From IMG/VR virus record IMGVR_UViG_3300005323_000013, positions 1 to 46,356 of that record: 46,356 bases of DNA. One strand, written 5' to 3'. Of the stretch, positions 1 to 10,122 are shown one piece after another. The first letter of the stretch is position 1. Every line of letters begins with the position of its first letter. The translations under genes and the position numbers were made by a program. This stretch comes from a virus (Duplodnaviria > Caudoviricetes). Under the pieces are notes generated by a model, which had not been told where the DNA came from, ran no database searches, and saw only the letters and a program-made list of their open reading frames with translations.

Positions 1-123
1 GGCATCGGGGGCGGTGGTATTGAGTTCTTTTAACGTATCCTTAACAGGGGAAGCGGTGAATAGCTTATCGTAGAACGCCGTCATTTTAGGCGTGAGCTTC
101 ACACGCGCCTTGACGCTCTGGTA
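1..123. repeat. Terminal direct repeat, copy 1 (circular-assembly overlap)
   Basis: 1-123 is identical to 46234-46356, and a minus-strand reading frame runs through the junction in frame. Confidence 0.97.
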
Positions 124-2499
124 GAGATCGTAGAGGAACTTTGCCATGCGCTTGAAAAAGCCTTCCGTTTCCGGCGTGGGCGCTTTGCCTGTGGCGATGT
201 AGTCCTCAAGGCCGTAGGCAATGGCTTCCTCGAAGGTTTTGTTCTTGTATTTGTAATCGTCCGTCCAGCCCTGAAATTCGCCCTTCCAGTCGCCGTCCTT
301 TACGCCGAATACGGTTTCCGCTTCCTTCATGAACGCATCGATCTGCGGCACGGTGCGGTTGTTCTGCGCGAAGGTCATGAAGGCATGGACAGACTCGTGC
401 GTGAACGTCGCGGGGTTGGCGTTGGGCGCAAGGTCGATGAGCGTCTTTACTACGCCGTCGATGCTCACCTGCTTTGCCGCGCCGAATACGCCCTGCTGGT
501 TCTCGCCCATGACGGGAGCAAGCACTTCCGGCGCAAGCGTCTTGCCCACAAGATCGTCGGTGGTCATGCCGAACATAACTGCAAAGGGCTTGACGATGAA
601 TACCGCGTCCTCAACGTCCTGCGCGTCCATGTTTGGCCGTTCGTTCTGGATGATCGCTCGGGTAGAGTCTAGCGTCGCAACGTCAGGAGTGTCGATTGCC
701 GCGCTGAACCACTGTACGCCGGTGCCGCGCCGATTATTCTTCTCGAGGTACGTTTTCAGCGCTTCGGCTGCCGGTGTCCGCGCCTCGAATTCAATGTCCC
801 ATCCTGCGTATTTCTTGGCAAGGTCAAGCACAAGCTCCTTGTCAATCGCAGGAGATTTGCTCTGTGAAAACGTGGTAATGGTCAAGGTTCCAGGGCTATC
901 GCTTTCGGTTTCGGCGGGGTCTGCGGTGTAAGTGAGATACGCAAGCTGCTTTCCCTTTGAGTCGCCCGCAACATGGGCAAGCGTCCCGCCGTAGTCCTTG
1001 CTTTCAAAGTGCGTACCTGCGGGAACAGGCTTTGCGGCTGATACTGCGAATTTGTCATACTGTTCGCCCGTGATCTGCGCGTCCTTTGGCATGGCGGTGG
1101 GGGGCGTCACGGTGGGCTTGGTGGCGGGTTTTATTGTTGGCTTTTTGCCTTTTTCGGTAGCGTTCGCTTCGGGCAACAGAAGGTCAACCATGACGGGAGC
1201 GCCGCCGAGTACCGCCGATCCCATGGCCGTGGTCACGATGGTATCAACGATGCGCTGTGTTATTTCCTTGGTCGTAATGGGCGCTATGTTCTTGCCGTCC
1301 AGCTTGTTTGTCACTTGCCGCGCAAGGTCAGTAGCCCATATCTGCGTGCCTTCCTGGAGTGTTTCCTGCAATGTTTCGCTTGCGACATTCTTGCCATACA
1401 TTCCCACGGTGCTGTTAAGAATTCTTGTCATGGTTCCTGCGCGTTGTGCTGCGTCGGGCAAGTTCTTCAATGTCGCGGAAAGAGCTTCGTCAAGCAGGCG
1501 TTTCTTTGCGGTATTCATGCCGGAGAGCGTGTTCCATATGGTGTTGAACTCCATGCCCTCGATGAGTCCTGCAACGCCGCCGTAAATGGTGGAGAAGGTA
1601 GCCGCAACAGTAGGATTCACGCGCTCGCCTGTTTTTGGGTCGCGGTAATTTATCATGTCAAGATATGCCTGTCCGCGCTCCATGTTCATTCCGGCAATGG
1701 ACGCGCCGATGGTTGAGAATACTTTATTGGACAGGAACGCGACTGATGGGAGGGTAACGTAGCCAATGCCTGCGACTGTAGCGCCTATGCCGATAGCAGG
1801 GGCTAGGGTGACTCCTGCCGCCGCCGCCGCGCCTGTGGCAAGGATCATTCCCGCCATGCCCCATAATCCGCCCGCCTTGGAGGTTTCCGCAACGGAAGGC
1901 ACAAGCTGTGCGAAGGCTTTGAGGAACTTCGTCGGGAGTGAACGCTTTATGACATCGGAGGGCGGCATTTGGCTGTTCAGTTCAAGTATCTGCGTATAGA
2001 GCGGATCGCTTTCGATGTCCTCGTAGCTTCCTTTCCATTTGTCAAGCAGTTGTGATGCGAGCTTGGAAGTTTCGTTTTGGATATAGGTCGCTTTCCAGGT
2101 GTTCGCTACCGCGTCGTACCATGTCTTTGGTGACATTGCCGTGCCGTAGTCGGCGGCAAGTATCTCATCGTGATCGCGGAACGCATCCTCGAACGATATG
2201 CCTTTCAATTGTGAAAGGAAGTATGAGGAATTGAGGCGATTTTCCATCGCTATGGGGTCGTCGCTTTCTTCAATGGATCTCTTGAACGTCGCGGCAATGT
2301 CGTTAGGCATCCATGAGCCAATGGGTGCGCCCTCGAATGGCGCTGTTTTCCCTGCGGTTTCGAGGTTAAACTGTGCGTTTGGATTGTCGGTGGAGTATTG
2401 TTTCAGTATGTCGATGGCGGGTGACTTGTAGGGCGAGGCGGGCTGTCCGAGTGATGCGAACAGTTTTTTGTAGTACTCGTCGCCGTAGTTGTCGCTCAT
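1..2499 (-). CDS. Giant internal virion/polyvalent protein, N-terminal 833 aa; continues across the junction into 46233..41485 (total ~2,415 aa)
   Basis: ATG at 2499 with GGAG upstream. Manual translation (MSDNYGDEYYKKLF...ELNTTAPDA) is open to base 1 and joins DNLTLKD at 46233. Contains a hydrophobic Gly/Ala-rich stretch and HESVH (385-399) followed by EEAIAYGLEDY, a zincin-type motif. Absent from the ORF track because it has no stop before the contig end. Confidence 0.9.
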   Translation of the reverse strand, partial: MSDNYGDEYYKKLFASLGQPASPYKSPAIDILKQYSTDNPNAQFNLETAGKTAPFEGAPIGSWMPNDIAATFKRSIEESDDPIAMENRLNSSYFLSQLKGISFEDAFRDHDEILAADYGTAMSPKTWYDAVANTWKATYIQNETSKLASQLLDKWKGSYEDIESDPLYTQILELNSQMPPSDVIKRSLPTKFLKAFAQLVPSVAETSKAGGLWGMAGMILATGAAAAAGVTLAPAIGIGATVAGIGYVTLPSVAFLSNKVFSTIGASIAGMNMERGQAYLDMINYRDPKTGERVNPTVAATFSTIYGGVAGLIEGMEFNTIWNTLSGMNTAKKRLLDEALSATLKNLPDAAQRAGTMTRILNSTVGMYGKNVASETLQETLQEGTQIWATDLARQVTNKLDGKNIAPITTKEITQRIVDTIVTTAMGSAVLGGAPVMVDLLLPEANATEKGKKPTIKPATKPTVTPPTAMPKDAQITGEQYDKFAVSAAKPVPAGTHFESKDYGGTLAHVAGDSKGKQLAYLTYTADPAETESDSPGTLTITTFSQSKSPAIDKELVLDLAKKYAGWDIEFEARTPAAEALKTYLEKNNRRGTGVQWFSAAIDTPDVATLDSTRAIIQNERPNMDAQDVEDAVFIVKPFAVMFGMTTDDLVGKTLAPEVLAPVMGENQQGVFGAAKQVSIDGVVKTLIDLAPNANPATFTHESVHAFMTFAQNNRTVPQIDAFMKEAETVFGVKDGDWKGEFQGWTDDYKYKNKTFEEAIAYGLEDYIATGKAPTPETEGFFKRMAKFLYDLYQSVKARVKLTPKMTAFYDKLFTASPVKDTLKELNTTAPDA

Positions 2500-2512
2500 T
2501 TATTCAATGCTC

Positions 2513-5500
2513 CTATAGACCAAGGGGAATATCGTTGACGGTGGTGGTGGCTAATCCGTTGGTTTCGATATCGAGCTTTTTGTCGCCCTGTGACCGCATG
2601 GCGTTTCCAGCGCTATCAAAGACGACAGACGCCCATCGCCCAAACGTCTTTTGCCCTGAAACTCGTTCCCATGGGACGAATACCATTGCCGCGCCCTGCG
2701 ATTCTTTCATGACGAGAGCATTGCCTTCATACAGGCCCATATAGTAGGTGTCGCCTATATTCAGCTTTGCATTGCCGGTTTTTACGGAATATGACACCGT
2801 ACCGTCTGGGTTGTTGACGGTGATAAAGTCGCGCAGTTCCGGCTTCCCTGAAAGCCTGAGAACGCTGTTGATCTCTTCCAGACTCTTGGCGGCAAACGTG
2901 GCCTGGATATCCTTGAATGCGGGATGCGTCGCGGAATAGAGGCCGTCCCTAGGGGTCATGTAGATTGCGTATTTTCCGGCCATGGCGTTTTCAAGATAAA
3001 TTTCTGAAACGTCATGGTTACCGTTCAGGAGTTGCCAATCTGCGCCGATATTGAGATTCACGGACCGCGTTTTCATTTCGGTGATGATTTCTTTTGTTTT
3101 TTCGGGGCTTGGGCTTGGGTAGAGCGCCTTTACTCCGTCAAGCCAGGCGCTCATCCCCGGCGACCACTTTCCGTTTTTCTCCATGTCCTTCTGCGTTACG
3201 GTAACGTCGCTCCATATCGGATCATTGCCTTTTGATATGAACTTTTGCTGTAGAGCGAGTGCGTCGGAAAACTTGCCGCCTGCGATAAGGTCTGCCGCGT
3301 AATCAGATAAAAGTGCATTGTAACGTTCCGGTGTGGCGACGGCGGTGACTGGTTTCCCGTCCCTGTCAACGTATTTGATAATTGTTGGCGCGGCGCGTGA
3401 AAGGTTTTGCGCGGCAAGGCTCTCTGCGACTGCGCCGATTATATCATATGCCGAATTTGCGGCATTTTTCTGCGCTGGCGTTGGCCCTTCGCCATTTTTA
3501 GCCTTGGCGTCTGCCGTCTGCTTGGCGGCGATTGCGCTTCCTATACTGATAAGGTCGTCGCTGAATTGCCGGTAATGCGTCGAAGATAGCGTAGTAAGCT
3601 GGTCAAGCATGGTCTGATTCAGCACGGGAGCCGACGGATCAAAGCCTACGCCATTAAGCGCCGCCCATGAGTTTGCCTTGGCATCCTGCAATATCTTCAA
3701 CGCGGGGGCTTCTGCGGTTTCCATCGCGGCGGTGGAGGCGTTGAATCCGTTCCACTTGTCTTTCCAATAAGTGCCGAACTTGTTATCAAGGGCGCTGTCG
3801 GTGGGGAATAATGTGCGTATCAGTTCTTCCGACATCATTTCTACGGAAGGATCGTGGACATATCCCTTCACCGTTTGCACTTTTATATACTCATCCATCG
3901 CGTTTTTTGCCCTGGTATCGAGAGCAGAATACTCCGCGTTTGATTGGATGGTATAAAGCAAATCGGCGCTATGGATAAATGCCTGACCCTTGGCAGGGTC
4001 GGAAACGTATATGGCCGTAATATCGCGCACGGCCTGGCTGTATGCGCTTTCTGCGTCTTTGCCCTGTAAGCCGCTGATTCGCGCCGAGAAGTCTTTGAGT
4101 ACGTCGGTGGCTTTGCCCTGCATCGCGGTTTCTGCAACTTCGAGCGCGTCTGATTTTGCCTGTATGCCGAGCGTCCTTTCCCGCTGATTGTCCTGGAATA
4201 CTCTATCCTCACGAGATTGCGCGAGAGCTTCGGCGTTCAGGTCTATGGTATTGAGCTTGTCTTTGAATGCGGCGCGTTCTTCTGGCGCAAGAATCATTGC
4301 CTTGTCTATGAGCGCATAGAGGGCTTCGCGTTTAGTCGCGTTGGGCTGGCCTGATGCGTAGGCGGCATCCCGATAGCTGAATACCGCGTTGTTGAGGGAG
4401 TCTTTTGTCGCCGTGACTGCCGCGTCCGCTTCAAATTTGGAAATACTAGACTGCAACGCGGCGTATACCTGCGGGGTAAGGCTGTTTTTGTGCGATTCGA
4501 GCCATGCGGCGCTCAATACGTCGCCCTGGACCGGCAAGCCCTTCAATGCGCGGTCAAGGTTGTCGGAAAGTTTCAACCCTTCCTTGGTGAGCGCATCTGC
4601 CTCGTTCTGTGGGATAAGTGTGCCGAGATAGTTGGCAAGGTTCACCTGATCGTTGATGGTGATGTCTTTTCTAGCGAATATGCCGTCAATCGTATAAGTA
4701 TCGGGGTTCTTTGCGATATCGAGCTTGATGACTGCGGCTACCATGGCTGAATTGGACTGCGTGAACACGCTATACATCGAAAGGTACGCGCTATTTGCGG
4801 AGCCATAGAGTGAAAGCCCGAGCGCATCCTTGTTCTTTTCGATAAGGTTGCCCATATCGTCAAGGTCGGCCTGTGAAAGAGTCCCTGCCGCCTGTTTCTT
4901 TTGCATCTGCGCGATGCCGGAAAATACCGCCATGCCGGAAGTGTCCTGTCCGTCGCGCTTTGCTTCCGCCTGCATGGAGAGGTAGAGCGAGAAGTTTTGC
5001 GCGAGATATTCAGGCGGGGATTCGGCAAGCACCCGTTCCTTGGTGACTTCGCCTTTCAATATCCGTGCGGTAAGGTTGAGCGTCGCGTCAGTCTTGGCCT
5101 TGGTGTCAATGTTCGATTGCAGATTCCATACCTGCGTTCGATAGGTTGCAAGGGTCTGCGGGTCGATCTTTCCTTCCAGGCTGTTGAGGTATGTCGAGGA
5201 GAGGGTGGGGGCGCTTGGATCTACGATAGCCTTGCCGAGCGAAAGAGATGCGAGGTTGTCGTATGCCTTGCCGAGTTCAAATACCACCGCGTCTTTCTTA
5301 GTTTCGGCGTCGGCCTGGATAAGCGCGTTTTTCATGGAAAAGTTCATGTTCTTGCTGGCAAGTGCCGCGGTTCTGTCGAAAGGCTTGCCCGCCTTTATGT
5401 CTGCGTCGTAGGCAAAATATTCCTGTTCTCCCGCCGCGCCCTCGCCGGTCTTTTGTGCGTTCTCAAACTTTGCAACCCATCCAGGCACATCTTCGGGGTT

Positions 5501-6325
5501 TATACGGCGAATAAGGTCAATGGGGTTTTCGGTGAGTTTCCCTTCTTTCATGTTCAAGAACGCGGTATTAAGTTGCTGTTCCTTGGATTCGTTGGTGGCG
5601 CTTTTTAAGAGGTTTCCGATTGCGGTGAGGCTTGAAAGTGCGGAGGGGTCAAGGACGACGCTTGTATCGCCTACGGTATAGGTAGCGCCCGCAAGATTTG
5701 CGGCAAGGGTGATAGCCTCGCCCCATCCTTTTGTCTGAAGGGTGGTGACTACCTGCTTTTTTGCGTCGTCGAAAAGAATCTTTTGCGTTTCGGCTTCAAG
5801 CATTGGCGCAACGTCGTTCGGGTCGATAAGCCTATTGTTGGCAAGGCCCTGTATTTCGGCATTGGCATTTTCAAGTTTCGCCTGCGTGGTTATCCCTGTC
5901 TTTGATACAACGGAAATGCGTTTTTTGGCGTCGGCTACCTGTTGCTGGCCCCATCCATTGAATTGAAGATCGGATATTTCCGCGCCCTTGGTAACTTCAA
6001 GCTGGCCGACATAGGCTTCAAGTTGGCGACGGGCCAAGGGATTGCTGACGGTTTTAAGGCTTGATTTCGTTTTGTCGAGGTAGTCCTTCCATTTCTGCAT
6101 GTAGCCGGAAGGTTGTTCAGAATCGGGTATGCCAAAGTCGGTATCAGTACGGAGTGAGTCTTTGAACTGCTCAACGCCTAACCCAATTTCCGTTGCCTTG
6201 TTCTTGTAGATATTTTCAGCATCGAGCTTGTAGATGGTTTCGGCAACGCCGCTGACCGCGTTTCCCGTCTGCTGGACGGTGTTTGCGAACTGGCCGAGAA
6301 AGCTGGACATTTTCAGATCGGGCAT
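2513..6325 (-). CDS. Internal virion (DNA ejection) protein, positional T7 gp15 equivalent
   Basis: 1270-aa Ala-rich, helical-looking ORF between the small internal virion protein and the giant protein; standard podovirus gene order. Confidence 0.7.
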   Translation of the reverse strand: MPDLKMSSFLGQFANTVQQTGNAVSGVAETIYKLDAENIYKNKATEIGLGVEQFKDSLRTDTDFGIPDSEQPSGYMQKWKDYLDKTKSSLKTVSNPLARRQLEAYVGQLEVTKGAEISDLQFNGWGQQQVADAKKRISVVSKTGITTQAKLENANAEIQGLANNRLIDPNDVAPMLEAETQKILFDDAKKQVVTTLQTKGWGEAITLAANLAGATYTVGDTSVVLDPSALSSLTAIGNLLKSATNESKEQQLNTAFLNMKEGKLTENPIDLIRRINPEDVPGWVAKFENAQKTGEGAAGEQEYFAYDADIKAGKPFDRTAALASKNMNFSMKNALIQADAETKKDAVVFELGKAYDNLASLSLGKAIVDPSAPTLSSTYLNSLEGKIDPQTLATYRTQVWNLQSNIDTKAKTDATLNLTARILKGEVTKERVLAESPPEYLAQNFSLYLSMQAEAKRDGQDTSGMAVFSGIAQMQKKQAAGTLSQADLDDMGNLIEKNKDALGLSLYGSANSAYLSMYSVFTQSNSAMVAAVIKLDIAKNPDTYTIDGIFARKDITINDQVNLANYLGTLIPQNEADALTKEGLKLSDNLDRALKGLPVQGDVLSAAWLESHKNSLTPQVYAALQSSISKFEADAAVTATKDSLNNAVFSYRDAAYASGQPNATKREALYALIDKAMILAPEERAAFKDKLNTIDLNAEALAQSREDRVFQDNQRERTLGIQAKSDALEVAETAMQGKATDVLKDFSARISGLQGKDAESAYSQAVRDITAIYVSDPAKGQAFIHSADLLYTIQSNAEYSALDTRAKNAMDEYIKVQTVKGYVHDPSVEMMSEELIRTLFPTDSALDNKFGTYWKDKWNGFNASTAAMETAEAPALKILQDAKANSWAALNGVGFDPSAPVLNQTMLDQLTTLSSTHYRQFSDDLISIGSAIAAKQTADAKAKNGEGPTPAQKNAANSAYDIIGAVAESLAAQNLSRAAPTIIKYVDRDGKPVTAVATPERYNALLSDYAADLIAGGKFSDALALQQKFISKGNDPIWSDVTVTQKDMEKNGKWSPGMSAWLDGVKALYPSPSPEKTKEIITEMKTRSVNLNIGADWQLLNGNHDVSEIYLENAMAGKYAIYMTPRDGLYSATHPAFKDIQATFAAKSLEEINSVLRLSGKPELRDFITVNNPDGTVSYSVKTGNAKLNIGDTYYMGLYEGNALVMKESQGAAMVFVPWERVSGQKTFGRWASVVFDSAGNAMRSQGDKKLDIETNGLATTTVNDIPLGL

Positions 6326-6966
6326 TATTTCTCCCCTGTCTTTGCGAGCCAGTTGCCCACATTGCTGATCGTGGACGGCACGGAACCCAGGAACGACATG
6401 AACTCCATCTTGCCCGCGTTCTTTTTCAGGTAGGCCGTGTTTTTGTTCAGGAGCGCAATCTTGCGCTGGTAGCCCTGCGTCAAGAGCGACGTTTCAAGGG
6501 CTTTCGACCGTAGCGCGTTGCCCTGCGCGGTGTACTCATAGCCCTTGTTCACGAGCGACGCGTTTGCCGATACGGTAGTTGCGCCGAGTTCCTCCGATGC
6601 AAGGCGTTCCTGCTGGCGAAGCACGGCAAGCGGGGAGGCTCCGGTTACGCCGGAATAGCCGAGCTTGGCCTTGGTCGCGCCGGTTTCCAGCGCACCTTTC
6701 TGCGCGGTGACGCCGACGGCGTATTTGTTTTCAGCGGCGATGTTCTTCATGTCGCCTATGATGGTTTTTTGCGCGAAGTCGGTATTGGTCTTGGCGTCGG
6801 CATACATGAGATTCGCGCCCTTGATGTCGGCGCGGAACTCTGCGGCCATGTCCGCGTTCTGTTCAACCTGCTCTGCGATTGCGGTCTTGGTAGCTTCGGC
6901 GTTGGTAAGTCCTGAAAAGACACCTGTCGCAAGGCTTCCGATTGCCATGGTGACTGGATCTGCCAT
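6325..6966 (-). CDS. Internal virion protein, gp14-like
   Basis: Hydrophobic MADPVTMAIG N-terminus, coiled-coil body, GYSGVTGASPLAV motif typical of podoviral gp14-like proteins, and position. Confidence 0.7.
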   Translation of the reverse strand: MADPVTMAIGSLATGVFSGLTNAEATKTAIAEQVEQNADMAAEFRADIKGANLMYADAKTNTDFAQKTIIGDMKNIAAENKYAVGVTAQKGALETGATKAKLGYSGVTGASPLAVLRQQERLASEELGATTVSANASLVNKGYEYTAQGNALRSKALETSLLTQGYQRKIALLNKNTAYLKKNAGKMEFMSFLGSVPSTISNVGNWLAKTGEK

Positions 6967-7373
6967 TATGCTACCCTCTCGTATATCGTATAGAATTTGC
7001 CGTCAGGCCCGAATGTCGGCGCGATGCCGACAGGATCAAAGCGCATCCAGTTAACGAAACGCTGTGCTTCCGGCCAGTTGATATCCACCGCTGTCAGGAG
7101 CCGCTTGTACCCTACCTTGAACACTTCATCGAGCAAGGAACGGATCGCCCAGAATACGCGGGGATGCTTCACGGAGTCCGGCGACAGGATCATCCAGCAC
7201 TTTGCGACGCCGTTTTCCGCTTCATAGCCGACGCACGCCATGATGTCGCCGTCCACTTCCAGAGTGAACGATTGCCCCGTTGGTTCAAAGGGCCGATACT
7301 CGCCCGCCTGTGCAAAGCGCTTGATGTTTTGAGCGTCTGAGTCCCTGAACTCTCGCAAGGTGGGGATGGTCAT
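6966..7373 (-). CDS. GNAT-fold virion assembly protein, T7 gp13-like
   Basis: GNAT-like C-terminus (TAVDINWPEAQRFVNWMRF); lies immediately after tail tube B. Confidence 0.65.
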   Translation of the reverse strand: MTIPTLREFRDSDAQNIKRFAQAGEYRPFEPTGQSFTLEVDGDIMACVGYEAENGVAKCWMILSPDSVKHPRVFWAIRSLLDEVFKVGYKRLLTAVDINWPEAQRFVNWMRFDPVGIAPTFGPDGKFYTIYERVA

Positions 7374-9229
7374 TCGACCTCCGGGGATATGGCAAGGATG
7401 GTTGCCGGTAGCGGTGAGTCCTGCTTGAACACGATATAGCCGTCTTTGTCCCAGTTCCCGCTGAATGGGGACTTGTGGGTGCCGGTGAAGGGCGATGTGT
7501 CCAGGCTGATCGTTTCAGGGTAGGCGTCGGTGGAACTCGTCTGCAACTTGAATGCGTAGCTTGCAAGAAGCTGGAGGAATACCGCGATCACGCGTTTTAT
7601 CTGCATGTGGCCGGAGCCTGTCTGCATCTGGAACGGCACCTTGTTGGTCTGGCCGTAGCAGGTGTACGCGAGTCCGACGCCTACGCTTGTCCCGTCTGCA
7701 ATGCCTGTGGGCATGGTAATGACGCCTGTCGAAGCCGCGCCCGTCGCGTCGTACACGGTCGCGCCTGATACAATCTTCACCGCAAGTCCCGCGAATCGCG
7801 CTATTGTGTTCGTGGTGGCCTTGGTGACGATAGAATAGCTGTCAAGATTGTAGACAGGGGAGAGCAGGGGGTCGAGCTTTTCAATGTACCGCACTGACCC
7901 GCGAAGGGTGGATACATAGACATTATCGTTTCCATCGTTGTCCACGATGACGGCGACTGATTCTATCTTGTTGGTGTGCGCGGTGTCGATGACATACCGG
8001 CACCATGCCTGTACTTCGTAGCCGCGTGAGTACACAAGCACGGCCATTTCGCCGTCCGAGCGAACACAGTAGATCATCGGTTGCCAGCTCTGCGCGAAGT
8101 CAACGCCGACGATGCCTGTTCCCATGATGTGTTCAGCGTGGAAGGTCAAATCGGGCGACTGGTAGGCCGCGTCCTCGTTCTGGTAGTAATACTCGCGCAA
8201 CCGCTTACTGCCGCCCTGGACGAATAGCACGGCCTGGTTGACGAGATGCGCCTGAAACGCCGCAGAGCCGTATCGGGTCTGCAATCGCGCTTCAGGGGTC
8301 AATGCGGTCACGCCGGCGGGAACGATGAACTCCGATACCGCGCATCCGATAATCAGATCCTTTCCCGCCGCAAGCCACATGATCTTTTCAAGCTGATCGC
8401 TTCCAAGGTTGAACTGCATGGCGTTGGAGTCGATTGTCACATCCTTGGTCGTCGTGACATCCTCATATTCTGGAACGTTGGGATTCGTCCACGATGCGGC
8501 GGCTTTTGCCTGCTTTATGGTGTATGAAACAGTGTCGAAGTAAAAATAGTTATTATAGCCTACGTTGCGTATGGCGGTCGCGGTGTAGCAGTATGTTTCC
8601 GATGCCCATACCGTTTGCGGCTGGTTGGTCGTGCCTGCCCACCATAAGCGCCCGCCCCACACGGCGACGCATCCCGGATAGTTCCCTGTCGTCTGGAATG
8701 GTATCTTGCCTGAGTTGCCTGTCATAGTAGGGATGCCGATGGTAAACGTGCCGCCTGATACGAAAGACAGCTTGCGGGGAGCGAACGTGCGATGCGCCAT
8801 GTACAGGTCTGGCCCGTCCTGCGCGAACTGCACTTCCGCTATCTGCGCGGCGGTCACATAGGGGAAGTCAACGACGCTGACATCGTGAGCCGTAGAGATA
8901 AACTCCATCGGCACGCCGGGGGTGGATTCCACGAGCGCATCGTTGTACCAGAAGCGCAGATAGCCAACGCCTGAAACAACTCCCATTTCCAGCACATAGC
9001 CGACCGTATCGGAAACATTGAATGCGTATAGACGGACTCCTGTTGCGTTTGTTTTGCACCCGCCGATATATTTCAGCCCTGGGCGCGTTGTAACGCCGCC
9101 TTGAAGGAATGGCACCCAGTTTTCGAGGGTTGTGGAACCCTTGGAATAGAGCGCAAGATCATTTCTTCCGGCCATGCGCGGGGAAAGCTCCCCTGCGGTA
9201 AAGTCGGTGATGATGGGAAGCTGGCTCAC
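7370..9229 (-). CDS. Tail tubular protein B / nozzle
   Basis: N-terminal DFTAGELSPRM..R.D...Y and GGVTTRPG motifs. Start moved to GTG 9229, which has a GGAGG RBS and overlaps the upstream stop. Confidence 0.88.
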   Translation of the reverse strand: MSQLPIITDFTAGELSPRMAGRNDLALYSKGSTTLENWVPFLQGGVTTRPGLKYIGGCKTNATGVRLYAFNVSDTVGYVLEMGVVSGVGYLRFWYNDALVESTPGVPMEFISTAHDVSVVDFPYVTAAQIAEVQFAQDGPDLYMAHRTFAPRKLSFVSGGTFTIGIPTMTGNSGKIPFQTTGNYPGCVAVWGGRLWWAGTTNQPQTVWASETYCYTATAIRNVGYNNYFYFDTVSYTIKQAKAAASWTNPNVPEYEDVTTTKDVTIDSNAMQFNLGSDQLEKIMWLAAGKDLIIGCAVSEFIVPAGVTALTPEARLQTRYGSAAFQAHLVNQAVLFVQGGSKRLREYYYQNEDAAYQSPDLTFHAEHIMGTGIVGVDFAQSWQPMIYCVRSDGEMAVLVYSRGYEVQAWCRYVIDTAHTNKIESVAVIVDNDGNDNVYVSTLRGSVRYIEKLDPLLSPVYNLDSYSIVTKATTNTIARFAGLAVKIVSGATVYDATGAASTGVITMPTGIADGTSVGVGLAYTCYGQTNKVPFQMQTGSGHMQIKRVIAVFLQLLASYAFKLQTSSTDAYPETISLDTSPFTGTHKSPFSGNWDKDGYIVFKQDSPLPATILAISPEVE

Positions 9230-10113
9230 GCGTCCTCCCACCGTGTTTCATGTTCCGGTTCAGCCGATGCCTCTGACTGTGCAACACCCATGGCCGACAC
9301 AAGCACCTGCATATATTCCTGCTGGAGTACTTGCGCCATGCTCGCGCTTCCGGTCACGCCCTCGCAGATCATCATGGCAAGGCGAAGCGATATTGCGGTC
9401 TGGATGAAGTTGTCCCATTCGTCGGGGTCGGTACTCATCTTCACATAGCGCACCGTGGGATATTCGGTGTCGCAATAAAGGAAATAGCCCTCGCGCTTGA
9501 ATTGCGTGCTGTCCTCAACGTCAAGGATACGCAGGCAATCTTCGGGCAGGACATATTGATAGTCGTAGTCGGTGAGATTGGTGTACTCCGCGCAGAACTT
9601 CCAATGCGCGGTATTGTCCGTGATGTCGGCGCTCGTGGTCGTCGGGCCGCCCGATGTGTGCGACGTTCCCGCCGTGATGCACTTGTACAGCCGCGAATTG
9701 TTGACAACCCTATCGTTCAGCACATACGCGGTCGATGCCTTCCAGGGCAGGTTTTCATACGCGCAGACATACTTCCAATGCACCGTGCCGTCGGTGATGT
9801 CGGCAGCGGTCGTGGTCGGGCCTGTCGGCGTTCCCGATGTCCCTGCGGTGATGCATTCATAGAGCCTGGCACTTGATACTGCAAAATCGGCAACCGCGTA
9901 GGCCGTGGACGCTACCCATGCAAGGTCGGCGTCGTCCTGCAAGACTGCCTGCGTGGTGATGGCGGGCCATGGGTGGTAGCGCAACACTTCATCGCGGGCG
10001 AAGGGATAGGATTGTATGGCAAGCCTTGGATTCTTGTTGGTGTCGGAGAGGCTTGTTGCCTGTTGCGCCCCAATGCGGGCGAGCGCAAGGTTCATGATCT
10101 CAAGGCTTGTCAT
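9226..10113 (-). CDS. Tail tubular protein A / head-tail adaptor with two inserted repeat domains
   Basis: LEIMNLALARIG...ARDEVLRYHPW N-terminus and YQYVLPEDCLRI C-terminal half; two ~50-aa W.ASTAY...LY.CITAGTS...HWK repeats in between. Confidence 0.85.
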   Translation of the reverse strand: MTSLEIMNLALARIGAQQATSLSDTNKNPRLAIQSYPFARDEVLRYHPWPAITTQAVLQDDADLAWVASTAYAVADFAVSSARLYECITAGTSGTPTGPTTTAADITDGTVHWKYVCAYENLPWKASTAYVLNDRVVNNSRLYKCITAGTSHTSGGPTTTSADITDNTAHWKFCAEYTNLTDYDYQYVLPEDCLRILDVEDSTQFKREGYFLYCDTEYPTVRYVKMSTDPDEWDNFIQTAISLRLAMMICEGVTGSASMAQVLQQEYMQVLVSAMGVAQSEASAEPEHETRWEDA

Positions 10114-10122
10114 GCTGTCCCC

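Noticed and set aside
1-123. 123-bp terminal repeat as a biological DTR or packaging end
   Set aside because: It falls in the middle of a coding sequence that reads through in frame, so it is best explained as assembler overlap on a circular contig.
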